64,000 nt of DNA from Candidatus Omnitrophota bacterium (GCA_021735655.1 JAIPGM010000006.1:36491-100490); one strand, 5' to 3'. Positions 8,004 to 17,444 are shown, counted from the first letter of the stretch. A program made the numbers and translations. Notes: generated from the letters alone by a model not told the origin.

Positions 8004-8085
8004 ACATAACAAAGCAATCCACCTGACCCTCCTCGCGGCTTCCTGAGACCGCGGGCTCGTCGGGCAGGTGATTTTTGTGTTAGGA
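8004..8085 (+). repeat. attC9, the last attC in the window.
   Basis: ACATAACAAAGCAATCCACCTGACCC ... GGGCAGGTGATTTTTGTGTTAGGA. There is an extrahelical T in the left arm. Confidence 0.75.
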
Positions 8086-8156
8086 GGTAAAAATTTACGC
8101 AAAATTTTCTTTCTTTGCCAAGATTAGAATGCTATAATTGTTTTTAGGAGATAACT

Positions 8157-8888
8157 ATGTTCTGGATTTGGATAATGATTATTATGATAGTAATGGCCGC
8201 TGGGGTTGTAACCTTAGCTCTCCTGCCGACCTCTAAAGAATTGGCTTATTTAGAAAAATTACGAAAAATAGCTGATGATTTGCTTTATAGACTAAAAAAC
8301 ACCTTAAGAGAAGCCTGGAAAGAAAAGAAAAAACTTCCACTACCACTTGTAATTTTGGGGGCTGTCTGGATATTGAATGGCTTATATATAAGCATAAGTA
8401 CTTTAATGACCCCTTCTCAAATCACAAAACTAGAGACTCTAGCTGGTATATTCAGGATCTTAAGCATCGGTTGGATTATTATTGGGGTAACTTTATTTAA
8501 CGGCTATATTTTAAGTAGAAAATTTGCCTTTATCGCCGCAGGAATAGTAATTAGCCTTGGTATTGCTGTTATTGCAGTACCACCGCTTACCCAAGAAGAA
8601 TATCTTCTGCAACAATATGAAATATATCTACAAAATCAACAGTATCAACAAAATACTCTAGGAATTAATGAATATGTAACCTCGCGGCTGGTAGATCCTG
8701 GCGAAGGTAGGCCTACGAAAGCTGAGATAACCAAAGAACAAGCTATAGCTATAATCAATATGCTTATTGCCCTGATTACGATACTTTATCTAATTACTCC
8801 GAAAGCTAAAAAATATTTTGGTATCGAAAAGGAGCAATCTTTTTCATTTAAAGAGGGAATTGGTAGTTCATTTCGTCGCTACCGCTAA
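8157..8888 (+). CDS. Multi-TM membrane protein with a Q-rich segment. It is the first gene after the last attC; it may be an attC-less terminal cassette or the chromosomal boundary.
   Basis: 243 aa with several hydrophobic helices and a QQYEIYLQNQQYQQN stretch. No attC follows it. Its 3' end overlaps era convergently by 4 nt. Confidence 0.45.
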   Translation: MFWIWIMIIMIVMAAGVVTLALLPTSKELAYLEKLRKIADDLLYRLKNTLREAWKEKKKLPLPLVILGAVWILNGLYISISTLMTPSQITKLETLAGIFRILSIGWIIIGVTLFNGYILSRKFAFIAAGIVISLGIAVIAVPPLTQEEYLLQQYEIYLQNQQYQQNTLGINEYVTSRLVDPGEGRPTKAEITKEQAIAIINMLIALITILYLITPKAKKYFGIEKEQSFSFKEGIGSSFRRYR

Positions 8889-9814
8889 TCCAACCAGTAG
8901 CCTAATTCTTTTAATATTCGAGGACGTTCTTGCCAATCTTTTAAAACTGTAACCCAAATATCTAAAAACACTTTCTTGCCATATATCTTTCCGATCTCAA
9001 GACGCGACTCAATTCCAACATTTTTAAGTATTTGGCCATTTTTACCGACAACTATTTTTTTCTGAGAATCCCTTTCTACATAAATATTCGCCTTTACGTA
9101 TACGACCTTTTTTTTATCCTTTATTTCAGAAATCTCAACTGCCAAGGAATGCGGTAACTCCTCATCCAACTGTAAAAATAACTTTTCGCGTATTATGTCA
9201 GCAACCCTAAATTTATCAGGAAAATCAGTTAAAGTCTTAACATCGTAATAAGCTTGAGCTACCGGCAAGATTTCCACCAAAACATCTCTCAACTTGTCGA
9301 TATTTTTCCCAGTCTTAGCTGAAAGCGGAATATAATATTCTAAAAAACTATCCTTCCCAGCCTTCTTAGACTTCTCTTCCCACAAAGCCATATAATCATT
9401 AAGGAACTTTACTCCTTTATCCACTTTGTTAAGCACAATTATGGTTTTTACTTTTTGAGTTGTGATAATTTTCATTAGGGTTTCCTCTTCCTGCCCGGGT
9501 TTGCGGGAAAGATCAACCACGTAAATTATTAAATCACACCCTTCAATAGATCTTTTAGCTATCGTATTAAGATGAGAGCTTAGTTTATCTTTAAACGAAT
9601 GGATTCCCGGAGTATCGACAAAAATTGCCTGGGCATCTTTTAAATTCATAATTCCCCTTATTTGATGCCGAGTTGTCTGAGGAATGCTAGACATAATACT
9701 TATCTTATCCCCAACCAAAGCATTAAGGAGCGTTGACTTTCCTACATTCGGACGACCCAAAATTGCTATAAAACCTGATTTAAAATTTTTACTAATCATA
9801 GTTAATCCTTCCAA
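8885..9814 (-). CDS. era: GTPase Era.
   Basis: ILGRPNVGKSTLLNALVG (G1), DTPGIH, NKVD and a C-terminal KH domain. Confidence 0.9.
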   Translation of the reverse strand: MEGLTMISKNFKSGFIAILGRPNVGKSTLLNALVGDKISIMSSIPQTTRHQIRGIMNLKDAQAIFVDTPGIHSFKDKLSSHLNTIAKRSIEGCDLIIYVVDLSRKPGQEEETLMKIITTQKVKTIIVLNKVDKGVKFLNDYMALWEEKSKKAGKDSFLEYYIPLSAKTGKNIDKLRDVLVEILPVAQAYYDVKTLTDFPDKFRVADIIREKLFLQLDEELPHSLAVEISEIKDKKKVVYVKANIYVERDSQKKIVVGKNGQILKNVGIESRLEIGKIYGKKVFLDIWVTVLKDWQERPRILKELGYWLD

Positions 9815-9837
9815 TTAATTGGTCTATACCTCAAGCC

Positions 9838-11598
9838 TCATTCCGGCTTACCCTGATAAATACTTTTCAAAGATAACTCTAAAAAATCAGCCGCCAGCGG
9901 ATTATAGCCTTCATAAGCAAGCAAAAAGTAAGCGGTTGAAGCTAAAGACCCGGTTCGACCACCCCTAGGAGTTCTCCAGCCATGGCCAGTATCTGCCCCC
10001 GGTGAAGAAGCATAGGGTAAACAAGGATCTTCGCGACCCACCAAAGAAGGAGATGTTATTAGCATTTTCTGTAATTCATTAAAATAAAAATAAGCTTTCT
10101 TTAAGTATTCTTTTGACTTCTCGGGATCCTTATCTTTGAAATAATCAGCCATTATCTCAAAAGCTAATATCATCTGACTGGTCCATTCCCCAGATACTAC
10201 TCCTCCCCGAGCAATATGTTTAGCCTTGGCAAAATCAAAACCAGTTAATTTTGACACTCTTTCCTTATATTGGAATTCGACTGAAACTTGACAATTCTCA
10301 ATAGCAAAATCTAGAATTGCCTCTGGATTCATACCCAAAGAATAAAGCGCTTCCGGGCCGAAAGAACTTACCGACCAAGTATAGGTATCAGTCGCTATAG
10401 TAGAGTCACCCTTACCTCGCTTAACCGGCTGGCCATAATCACTATAAGCATAGCGCGCTACCCAATTTTTTATTCCCTCAGCAATATCTCGATATCTTAC
10501 GTCACCGCTAAGCTCATAAAATAAACGGAAAAAAGCGAAAGCATCAAGATTGTGTTCGGTAGAATACCAAGAAACTTCCGGTCCACCCTTAATTCCTGCC
10601 TCTTTGTCCATCATCTTAATCAAAAATCTACTCACTGTCTCAATTATTGGTAAATATTTTCGATTGCCGGTATGCTTAGTATAGCAAAGTGCCGCCAACC
10701 CTATCCAAGCATTAGGCCCGGAATGTTGAACATATTCGAAAACTCCACCTCGAGTGAAATAAGCATTATAGATAAGTTTATCAGTATTTATTTTATCTAA
10801 ATAAAAATTAAGAATTTTTTCTGCTCTTTCAGTGTCACCACGAACCAAAAAAATAATTGCCGCTAAAGACTGATCATAAGTAAAACAAACCCTTTTAAGA
10901 CTATTGTCTCCTTCGAAACTAAGCACCAGGCCCCGGGAAAGATCCTGTCGGTTCTTAATCCAAGAATACATCCCTTTTATTATCTGAGAAGAAAAACCTA
11001 TTCTTTCTTTATCTAAGCTAGCTACTTCTTTTTTAATATCGCTCTTTGCTGAAGACTCAACCCCTTCAGAAAGAAGCTCTTCCAAGGCTGAGGTTCTTTC
11101 TAAAACTTCAACATAATCACTTACTAATTTTTGATTTGCCTTAGTCAAAGAAAAATTATGCCAAAACAAAGACAAAGCGACGGCAACTAAAACGAACCCC
11201 GCTAAACTTACCGAGAAAGGAATGCTCTTCTTCACAACTGCATATTTAAATATTCTATTACTTGCCGATTTATCAATATCTAAAAAATCTAGACCAGCCA
11301 GATATTGGATAAAATCATCCTCGCCTTTACTTCTTAGCCAAGAAACCTTTGCCTCCAGGCATACCGGTTTAGCTATAAAAGGAAAATTTACCCTTAATGA
11401 TATTCTTGCCCCAGGAGATCTTAGCTTATCGTAAAACCCACGCCAAAGCTCATTAACAATAAGGCAAATTCCACCTTTGCCGATGTCGCGTGTGAATCCT
11501 TGCAACCAAGGCGTGATTCTTCGACCCTGGCTATCAATAATAAAAAATTCGACCGGCAAAACAGTAGAAATTCTTAGATATCTTCGACGGTTACTCAT
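9838..11598 (-). CDS. PilZ domain fused through a TM helix to a large six-hairpin-glycosidase-like domain.
   Basis: N-terminus RRYLRIS...DIGKGGICL is a PilZ RxxxR / DxSxGG-like motif pair. It is followed by a TM helix and a ~400 aa domain rich in W/Y/G, reminiscent of (alpha/alpha)6 glycoside hydrolases or epimerases. Confidence 0.55.
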   Translation of the reverse strand: MSNRRRYLRISTVLPVEFFIIDSQGRRITPWLQGFTRDIGKGGICLIVNELWRGFYDKLRSPGARISLRVNFPFIAKPVCLEAKVSWLRSKGEDDFIQYLAGLDFLDIDKSASNRIFKYAVVKKSIPFSVSLAGFVLVAVALSLFWHNFSLTKANQKLVSDYVEVLERTSALEELLSEGVESSAKSDIKKEVASLDKERIGFSSQIIKGMYSWIKNRQDLSRGLVLSFEGDNSLKRVCFTYDQSLAAIIFLVRGDTERAEKILNFYLDKINTDKLIYNAYFTRGGVFEYVQHSGPNAWIGLAALCYTKHTGNRKYLPIIETVSRFLIKMMDKEAGIKGGPEVSWYSTEHNLDAFAFFRLFYELSGDVRYRDIAEGIKNWVARYAYSDYGQPVKRGKGDSTIATDTYTWSVSSFGPEALYSLGMNPEAILDFAIENCQVSVEFQYKERVSKLTGFDFAKAKHIARGGVVSGEWTSQMILAFEIMADYFKDKDPEKSKEYLKKAYFYFNELQKMLITSPSLVGREDPCLPYASSPGADTGHGWRTPRGGRTGSLASTAYFLLAYEGYNPLAADFLELSLKSIYQGKPE

Positions 11599-11695
11599 AA
11601 TTTAAAAAATTCTTTATTCCTTTACTATTAAAATTCTTGAAAGAAACCGGTGGAATTTTAGATAAATTAAAAAAATGAGAATTTCCTATCTAATA

Positions 11696-12082
11696 CTATT
11701 TCTCTATATTTTTTAATTTTTGATAGAAGACTATAAACTCTTTCAAACCACGCACATTTTCTAAATCCGCATCTTCTAAAATATAAGCGAAATCATCATA
11801 ACCAAGCAAAACTGCCTTCTTTAGTTCATTAATCGCTTGCTTAGGTTTTCCGGTAAGCGAAAGGCTACAAGCAAGATTATAATGAATAACCGGGTCGTCC
11901 GGTTTCAAACTCACTAATTTTTTATCTACAACCAAACCTTGGGTATAAAGACCTTTGCGAGTATAGGCATCCCCTAAAGAAATTAGCGCTCCGACAAAAT
12001 CAGGGCGTTCCTTTAAAATATTTTCATAAAAAGATATCTCTAAATTACTTATTTTTCTAGATTTATCCTTATCCTTCTTCAT
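11696..12082 (-). CDS. TPR-repeat protein.
   Basis: Tetratricopeptide-like helical repeats (ALISLGDAYTRKGLYTQG...). Confidence 0.55.
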   Translation of the reverse strand: MKKDKDKSRKISNLEISFYENILKERPDFVGALISLGDAYTRKGLYTQGLVVDKKLVSLKPDDPVIHYNLACSLSLTGKPKQAINELKKAVLLGYDDFAYILEDADLENVRGLKEFIVFYQKLKNIEK

Positions 12083-14478
12083 TTAACCTTTTCCAAAATA
12101 ATCTCTTCGCGTAATCTATAAATGGCATCTTCAAGGAATTTCTCAAATCTTGAGTATTCCTCAGCCTCAACAAAACGTTTTTTCATCTTAAAATTTTGAT
12201 GGAAATCAATACCCTGGTCAAGTTTCTTGTAAGAAACTTGAAGATCAAACCAAGGATTTTCCAAAATAAATGTTTCCGGTAAATATTTAACTTTCAAATT
12301 TTCCGGCAAAATTATCCTTATCTTAGAATCCCGGCCGTGTAATCCTTCAAAATCTATCGGGTACTTCCTCTGATCTTTACTAATAAGTTTATGATCTAGC
12401 TGAAGTTGATCTAAAACCGGAAGGATTCGTAAATCCCCAGCCGGGTTTAAAACTTTTTTAGCTTCAAAATTATAAGTAAGCATTGGATTTTTGGAAAAAT
12501 CGTCAACATTTTTAATACTATAGTCAACAAAAGTAGAAAGCGACGATATCTCCCGCATTTTTTTACGGAGATCTTCTTCGATTAAGGCCGGGTGTGTATA
12601 CTTTAGATACCAACGATAAGAAGCAGCAAAAAATCCACTACTTATCACTCTGCGAATAACCTTCGCATTCTCGTCAGCATCAACTGTAATTTTCATATCA
12701 TATTTAACTCTATTTTTTTTCAATGTATCGGTAGTAACAATCTTCCAGCCTTGATCAAAAAATACCATCACCGAACGATTCTGATCAGAAAGCGGTATAT
12801 CCATAAAAGGAGTTGTTTCAGAGGTAGGATCCATAAAGATTAATTTATCGTCAATTTCAACAGCAGCAATAGCATGGTTAAAATTAATTGAAGGGAAGCT
12901 TTCCTCGATAGGATAAACGCTATCAGTAGGGATAAGCACCGGATAAGCCTTAAGGCCAGCTTCTCGGAGCAAAGAAACTAATAATACCGCCTGGTCCTTA
13001 CAATCGCCATAGCGATTCACAAACACTTCTTGGGCTGAGTGTGGTTCGTGTCCACCTTCTCCATACTCAATAGCTACATACCGAATATTTTTAGCCACAA
13101 ATTCATGAATTTCTCGAGCCTTGCCAAAGTCATCGGTGGCAGTTTCAATGATTTTACTCAAAAACTCTCTCATGCTTTCAGTTACCTGAATTTTATCTTG
13201 ATAGAGAGATTCCCACCACTCATAAATCTCATCCCATGAAGAAAAGCTCGATATTAGAATTGCTGGGTTAACATAAGCGTAAGACGGCATTGAATACTCG
13301 GGAATTATTGGTTTTATTCGATTGAATTCCCACCTATAGACCTTTGAATCATCACTTTCAGATAAAGATGGCTTAAGATCTATGCCTTCGGCATAATTTT
13401 GATTAAAAAACTTAAAATTTACCGGGCTCTCTCTAGGCGTAACAAGATTAAAGTACGCTTTAAACACTGGGTATTGCTCCCTTAAGCGATAAATAAAGGT
13501 AAATTTGTCCTCGTTAACTAATTTTGATGAATAAATTTTGAATTTATATTCAATGAATGAACCAACATCTACTGAAGGCATAGAAATAATTCGAGCTCGC
13601 GAATTACTATAAAGAGGAAAATTAAGATAGCGGCTAACGTCGCGGATATTCTCTTCTCCGACATATCTAACCTGCCCTTCCTTAGTTATCGTACGAGCAA
13701 ACTCTAGCTCTATACGCTGGTAAGTTGAATCATACCCAATGTCGACTTCAGCTAATTTTTTGCCTCGCTCTTTTAAAACTTGCTCGATAACATGAACCGT
13801 AGATACCGAAGTATTTTTAGGAGTAATCTCCGTCGCCTCATCTACAAGAAGATAAACTGCAGCATCGTCGTTTATTTCAGTTAAAAAACTTTCTGCACTT
13901 TTAGTGATTTCTTTTATCTCTAAAGGTATTCCTTCCTCTACTTTGGCCCCAATCGCTTTAATTCTTTCTTTGGCCCGAGACTCAAAAGGCGGTGTAACTT
14001 TAGCATATATTTTTAAAGCCTTAGGGAAAAGATTTTTCTCCTCTAATACTGTTCCATAAAGATAAAGGTATTCTGGGTCTTTAGGCAGCGGTTTTAATTG
14101 TTCAAAAATTTCAATAGCTAAGGCGTACTCTTTAAGCCTGGTATAAGCCTTAGCTAAAATAACTCTTGCCTGAATCAGATCAAAACCTTTAAACAGATCA
14201 ATTGTGCGCTGATAATCCTTGAAACCATAATAGAATTGGCCAAGCTCAAGGCGTAAGGAATTATTTTGGGGGTCACTCTTGAGAAGTTCTTGATGTTTAC
14301 TAATCAGATCTTCATATCGCTCCGAGAAATCACCAAAATCATCAGAATTAATGGGTTTATCCATTGGCTGGGGAGCACAACCTAAAAGGGCAGCAATAGC
14401 TACAAACAAAATAAACCTGGAAGCGTAAACTTCCCAAATAATATTTTTTCTAAGCTTCGGAGTTCTAAAAATAGGCAT
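12079..14478 (-). CDS. TPR plus transglutaminase-like cysteine protease domain protein.
   Basis: N-terminal lipoprotein-like signal and TPRs. C-terminal RYGDCKDQAVLLVSLLREAGL is a transglutaminase core Cys motif. Confidence 0.65.
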   Translation of the reverse strand: MPIFRTPKLRKNIIWEVYASRFILFVAIAALLGCAPQPMDKPINSDDFGDFSERYEDLISKHQELLKSDPQNNSLRLELGQFYYGFKDYQRTIDLFKGFDLIQARVILAKAYTRLKEYALAIEIFEQLKPLPKDPEYLYLYGTVLEEKNLFPKALKIYAKVTPPFESRAKERIKAIGAKVEEGIPLEIKEITKSAESFLTEINDDAAVYLLVDEATEITPKNTSVSTVHVIEQVLKERGKKLAEVDIGYDSTYQRIELEFARTITKEGQVRYVGEENIRDVSRYLNFPLYSNSRARIISMPSVDVGSFIEYKFKIYSSKLVNEDKFTFIYRLREQYPVFKAYFNLVTPRESPVNFKFFNQNYAEGIDLKPSLSESDDSKVYRWEFNRIKPIIPEYSMPSYAYVNPAILISSFSSWDEIYEWWESLYQDKIQVTESMREFLSKIIETATDDFGKAREIHEFVAKNIRYVAIEYGEGGHEPHSAQEVFVNRYGDCKDQAVLLVSLLREAGLKAYPVLIPTDSVYPIEESFPSINFNHAIAAVEIDDKLIFMDPTSETTPFMDIPLSDQNRSVMVFFDQGWKIVTTDTLKKNRVKYDMKITVDADENAKVIRRVISSGFFAASYRWYLKYTHPALIEEDLRKKMREISSLSTFVDYSIKNVDDFSKNPMLTYNFEAKKVLNPAGDLRILPVLDQLQLDHKLISKDQRKYPIDFEGLHGRDSKIRIILPENLKVKYLPETFILENPWFDLQVSYKKLDQGIDFHQNFKMKKRFVEAEEYSRFEKFLEDAIYRLREEIILEKVK

Positions 14479-14481
14479 AAA

Positions 14482-15633
14482 TTATTTTAACTTTCCTAAA
14501 AACTTCTCAATTCGAATTATTGCTTCTTTTAAATTGTCTAAAGAATTAGCATAGGAAATTCTAATATAGGAACTAAGCTCTTTACCAAAAGCTACTCCCG
14601 GCACTACAGCTACCTTTTGTTCAAATAAAAGTTTTTTAGCAAAGCTCAATGAATCTATCTTAAATTTTTCTAAAGAAGGAAAGCAGTAAAATGCTCCTTG
14701 CGGTAAATTCGTAGTTAACCCTAACCGATTTAGCTCTTTTACGACAAGCTCTCTTCTGCGTCGATAGGCCGAACGCATAGCTATAACTTCCTTCTGACTA
14801 AGCAAAGCTTCCGAGGCAGCGACTTGAGAGATAGTCGGCACACACATTATTGAAAAAGAATGGATTTTAGACATTGCTGCGATGATCTCCTGACTAGCGC
14901 AAGCATAACCTACCCGAAAGCCAGTCATCGCATAACCCTTGGAAAATCCATTAAGCAAAATCGTTCGCTTTTTTGCCTCTTTAGACAAACTAGCAAAAGG
15001 GCTATGTTTTTGATCGTAAATCAATTCATCATAAACTTCATCGCTAATAACCAATGTCTTTTTATTAGCGATAACCTTCCATATTTTTTTAAGCTCTAGA
15101 GAGGTATAATGTGTCCCGGTAGGGTTGGAAGGATTATTTAAAATAATCGCTTTTGGGTTAGCTTTAAGAAGCTCTTTTAATCTCTTAATATCTATTTTAA
15201 AATTATCTTCGGCCTTTGTAGTTAAATAGAGAACCTGGCCTCCAGAAATCTCAACCAGAGCCGGATAAGCGACATAATGCGGAGTCACTACGATAACCTT
15301 ATCTTTTGGCTCTAAGATAGCCCTCAAAGCCAAATCTAAAGCCTCACTCACCCCAACAGTTATCAGGATTTCGGTTTTAGGATCATAGCTTAAAGAAAAT
15401 CTTCTCTTATAGTGGTTGGCTATGTCCCGACGCAAAACAAAAAGCCCCTGGTTTGAGGTGTAAGAAGTCATTCCTTCCTCAAGGGCGGTAATTGCCTTTT
15501 CGCGAACCCTCCAAGGAGAGATAAAATCTGGCTCACCGACCCCCAGAGAAATAACCTCTGGCATTCCCATAACTAAATCGAAAAATGCCCGTATCCCCGA
15601 AGGGGCTAATTTTTTAACTCTTTTAGAAATCAT
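14482..15633 (-). CDS. Class I/II (aspartate/alanine-type) PLP aminotransferase.
   Basis: SFSKGYAMTGFRVGY PLP-lysine motif and overall AAT fold signatures. Confidence 0.85.
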   Translation of the reverse strand: MISKRVKKLAPSGIRAFFDLVMGMPEVISLGVGEPDFISPWRVREKAITALEEGMTSYTSNQGLFVLRRDIANHYKRRFSLSYDPKTEILITVGVSEALDLALRAILEPKDKVIVVTPHYVAYPALVEISGGQVLYLTTKAEDNFKIDIKRLKELLKANPKAIILNNPSNPTGTHYTSLELKKIWKVIANKKTLVISDEVYDELIYDQKHSPFASLSKEAKKRTILLNGFSKGYAMTGFRVGYACASQEIIAAMSKIHSFSIMCVPTISQVAASEALLSQKEVIAMRSAYRRRRELVVKELNRLGLTTNLPQGAFYCFPSLEKFKIDSLSFAKKLLFEQKVAVVPGVAFGKELSSYIRISYANSLDNLKEAIIRIEKFLGKLK

Positions 15634-15643
15634 TCATATCCCT

Positions 15644-16126
15644 TTAATAGGTTATTGCTAATCTTTGATTCTTATCTTTCTTTACTAAAATAACTCCATC
15701 TTCTTTATATTTCTTAAGCATAAAATGAGTCGCGGTTCCTCTTACCTGATTTAAAGGAGCGAGCTTCTCGGAAACAAAACTGGCCACCGTATTGATATCG
15801 TCACCTTCAACCACCAATAATAAATCATAAGTTCCTGAAAGAAGATAACAACTTTTTACTTCCGGGAAACGATAAATTCGCTCAGCCACTAAATCAAACC
15901 CCACATCTTTCTGAGGAGCTATTTTAACTTCGATTAGAGCCCGAACACTCCGCTCACCTTTAATTTTCTGCCGATTAATCACAGTCTTGTAGTTTACAAT
16001 AACTCCTTTTTTCTCATAGCTTTTTATAGCCTTACTGAGCTCTTGCTTACTTTTACCAGTTAACTTCTGAAGCTCCTCCAAGGTAATCCGAGCATTACTT
16101 TCTAAAATCTCTAATATATCATCCAT
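15644..16126 (-). CDS. Lrp/AsnC family transcriptional regulator.
   Basis: N-terminal HTH (ARITLEELQKLTGKSKQELSKAIKSYEKKGVI) and a C-terminal RAM domain. Confidence 0.8.
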   Translation of the reverse strand: MDDILEILESNARITLEELQKLTGKSKQELSKAIKSYEKKGVIVNYKTVINRQKIKGERSVRALIEVKIAPQKDVGFDLVAERIYRFPEVKSCYLLSGTYDLLLVVEGDDINTVASFVSEKLAPLNQVRGTATHFMLKKYKEDGVILVKKDKNQRLAITY

Positions 16127-16180
16127 GTTAAGCCCTCCTTTTAGCTTCTCTATTGTATCAAAATAGCTTTTGCTTGTAAA

Positions 16181-17017
16181 TTAAGCTCTCGCCGAGGGAA
16201 TTTGCACTTCTAAAACTCTTCTTAAGAGTATCCGGCGCGGCTCTTTAGCTTGCCCCTGGAATAAAAAATAAAAAAATCTCCCCTCTCTAACGAGACGCAA
16301 AGGTAATACCTGATCATGCTCTAAGATATTTGAACTGGAAAAATATTTTATATCTATTTTGTGGTCGTTTTCGATGGCTTCCTTTAAAATAGCAATTTTT
16401 TTATCTTCTTTGATTTTAAAAATATCATTACTGCAACTATAAAGCGACACGTAATCATCTAGGCTTTCAATCTTTTTATTTTTAAACCCATCTATAAGCT
16501 TTAAGAAAGTTTGGTAGGTCACCAAAGCATCGTCTAAAGCTCTATGCAGCCCACCTTTACAATCAATGCCTAATGACTTAGCTACCGTTCCTAAATTGTA
16601 ACGAGGCAAATCAAGCCCATCTCTAGCCATCGCCAAGATATCCACTGTCGGTAAGTTTAAAGGTTCCCGTCCAATTCTCTTTAAACTATAATCAATAAAC
16701 TTTGCATCAAATTCAACATTATAGGCACAAAGTACTGTCCCTTTTAAAAAATCAAGAAGCTTATCGGCTAGCTTTTCAAACGGCGGAGCATACTTTAAAT
16801 CTTGATCTGATATTTTATGAATTTGATAGGCTGCCTGAGGTACGGCCATTTTAGGGTTTACCAAACTATGAAATTTATCAACGATCTTTCTGTTCTTAAC
16901 TTTAAAAGCCCCAATTTCACAGATGGCGTCACCCATGACCACATCTAAACCGGTAGTTTCTAAGTCTAAAAAGGTTAGCTGATAATCTTCAAGCGGTTTG
17001 CTTAAATCTATATCCAT
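16181..17017 (-). CDS. DEDDh 3'-5' exonuclease (DnaQ/epsilon-like) with a C-terminal extension.
   Basis: FLDLETTGLD, CAYNVEFDAKF and HRALDDALV exo motifs I-III. Confidence 0.7.
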   Translation of the reverse strand: MDIDLSKPLEDYQLTFLDLETTGLDVVMGDAICEIGAFKVKNRKIVDKFHSLVNPKMAVPQAAYQIHKISDQDLKYAPPFEKLADKLLDFLKGTVLCAYNVEFDAKFIDYSLKRIGREPLNLPTVDILAMARDGLDLPRYNLGTVAKSLGIDCKGGLHRALDDALVTYQTFLKLIDGFKNKKIESLDDYVSLYSCSNDIFKIKEDKKIAILKEAIENDHKIDIKYFSSSNILEHDQVLPLRLVREGRFFYFLFQGQAKEPRRILLRRVLEVQIPSARA

Positions 17018-17033
17018 TTGGTCTTTGCTACAT

Positions 17034-17444
17034 TTAATTAATTACTTTGGCTACTATCTCTCTATGCCTAGCTCGAGTATCAAAATCAATCAAAACTACC
17101 TGTTGCCAAGTTCCTAAATCAAGATGGCCTTGACTAACCGACACAAAAAGGCTAGTTTTAATCAAGGAGCTACGTAAATGTGCGTGTCCGTTATCATCCG
17201 ACCAAGTAAAGTTATGAGCATAGTCCTTACGATAGGGCAAAAGCTGTTCAAAAGCTTGCTTTAAATCTTTTTCTAACCCCGGTTCATACTCCATAGTAGT
17301 GAGAGCTGCGGTTGAGCCGATAACCGACAAAAAAATAACCCCTTCTTTAAGGTTTTCTTTTTCAACTATTCGCTTCAACTCAGAAGTAATGTTGATTATA
17401 TCGCAATTGCCTTTAGTCTTTACTTTGATTCGATCTGTTTTCAT
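17034..17444 (-). CDS. YjbQ/UPF0047 family protein (secondary thiamine-phosphate synthase-like).
   Basis: YEPGLEKDLKQAFEQL...HAHLRSSLIKTSL is the family signature. Confidence 0.7.
   Translation of the reverse strand: MKTDRIKVKTKGNCDIINITSELKRIVEKENLKEGVIFLSVIGSTAALTTMEYEPGLEKDLKQAFEQLLPYRKDYAHNFTWSDDNGHAHLRSSLIKTSLFVSVSQGHLDLGTWQQVVLIDFDTRARHREIVAKVIN

Noticed and set aside
2714-8085. The regularly recurring ~80-nt repeats could be a CRISPR array or a REP/MITE family.
   Set aside because: The repeats are separated by 0.3-1.3 kb, each holding a full gene with a ribosome-binding site. They are imperfect inverted repeats with variable cores, not identical direct repeats. No cas genes are present. 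They sit next to an IntI-type integrase, which fits attC sites.
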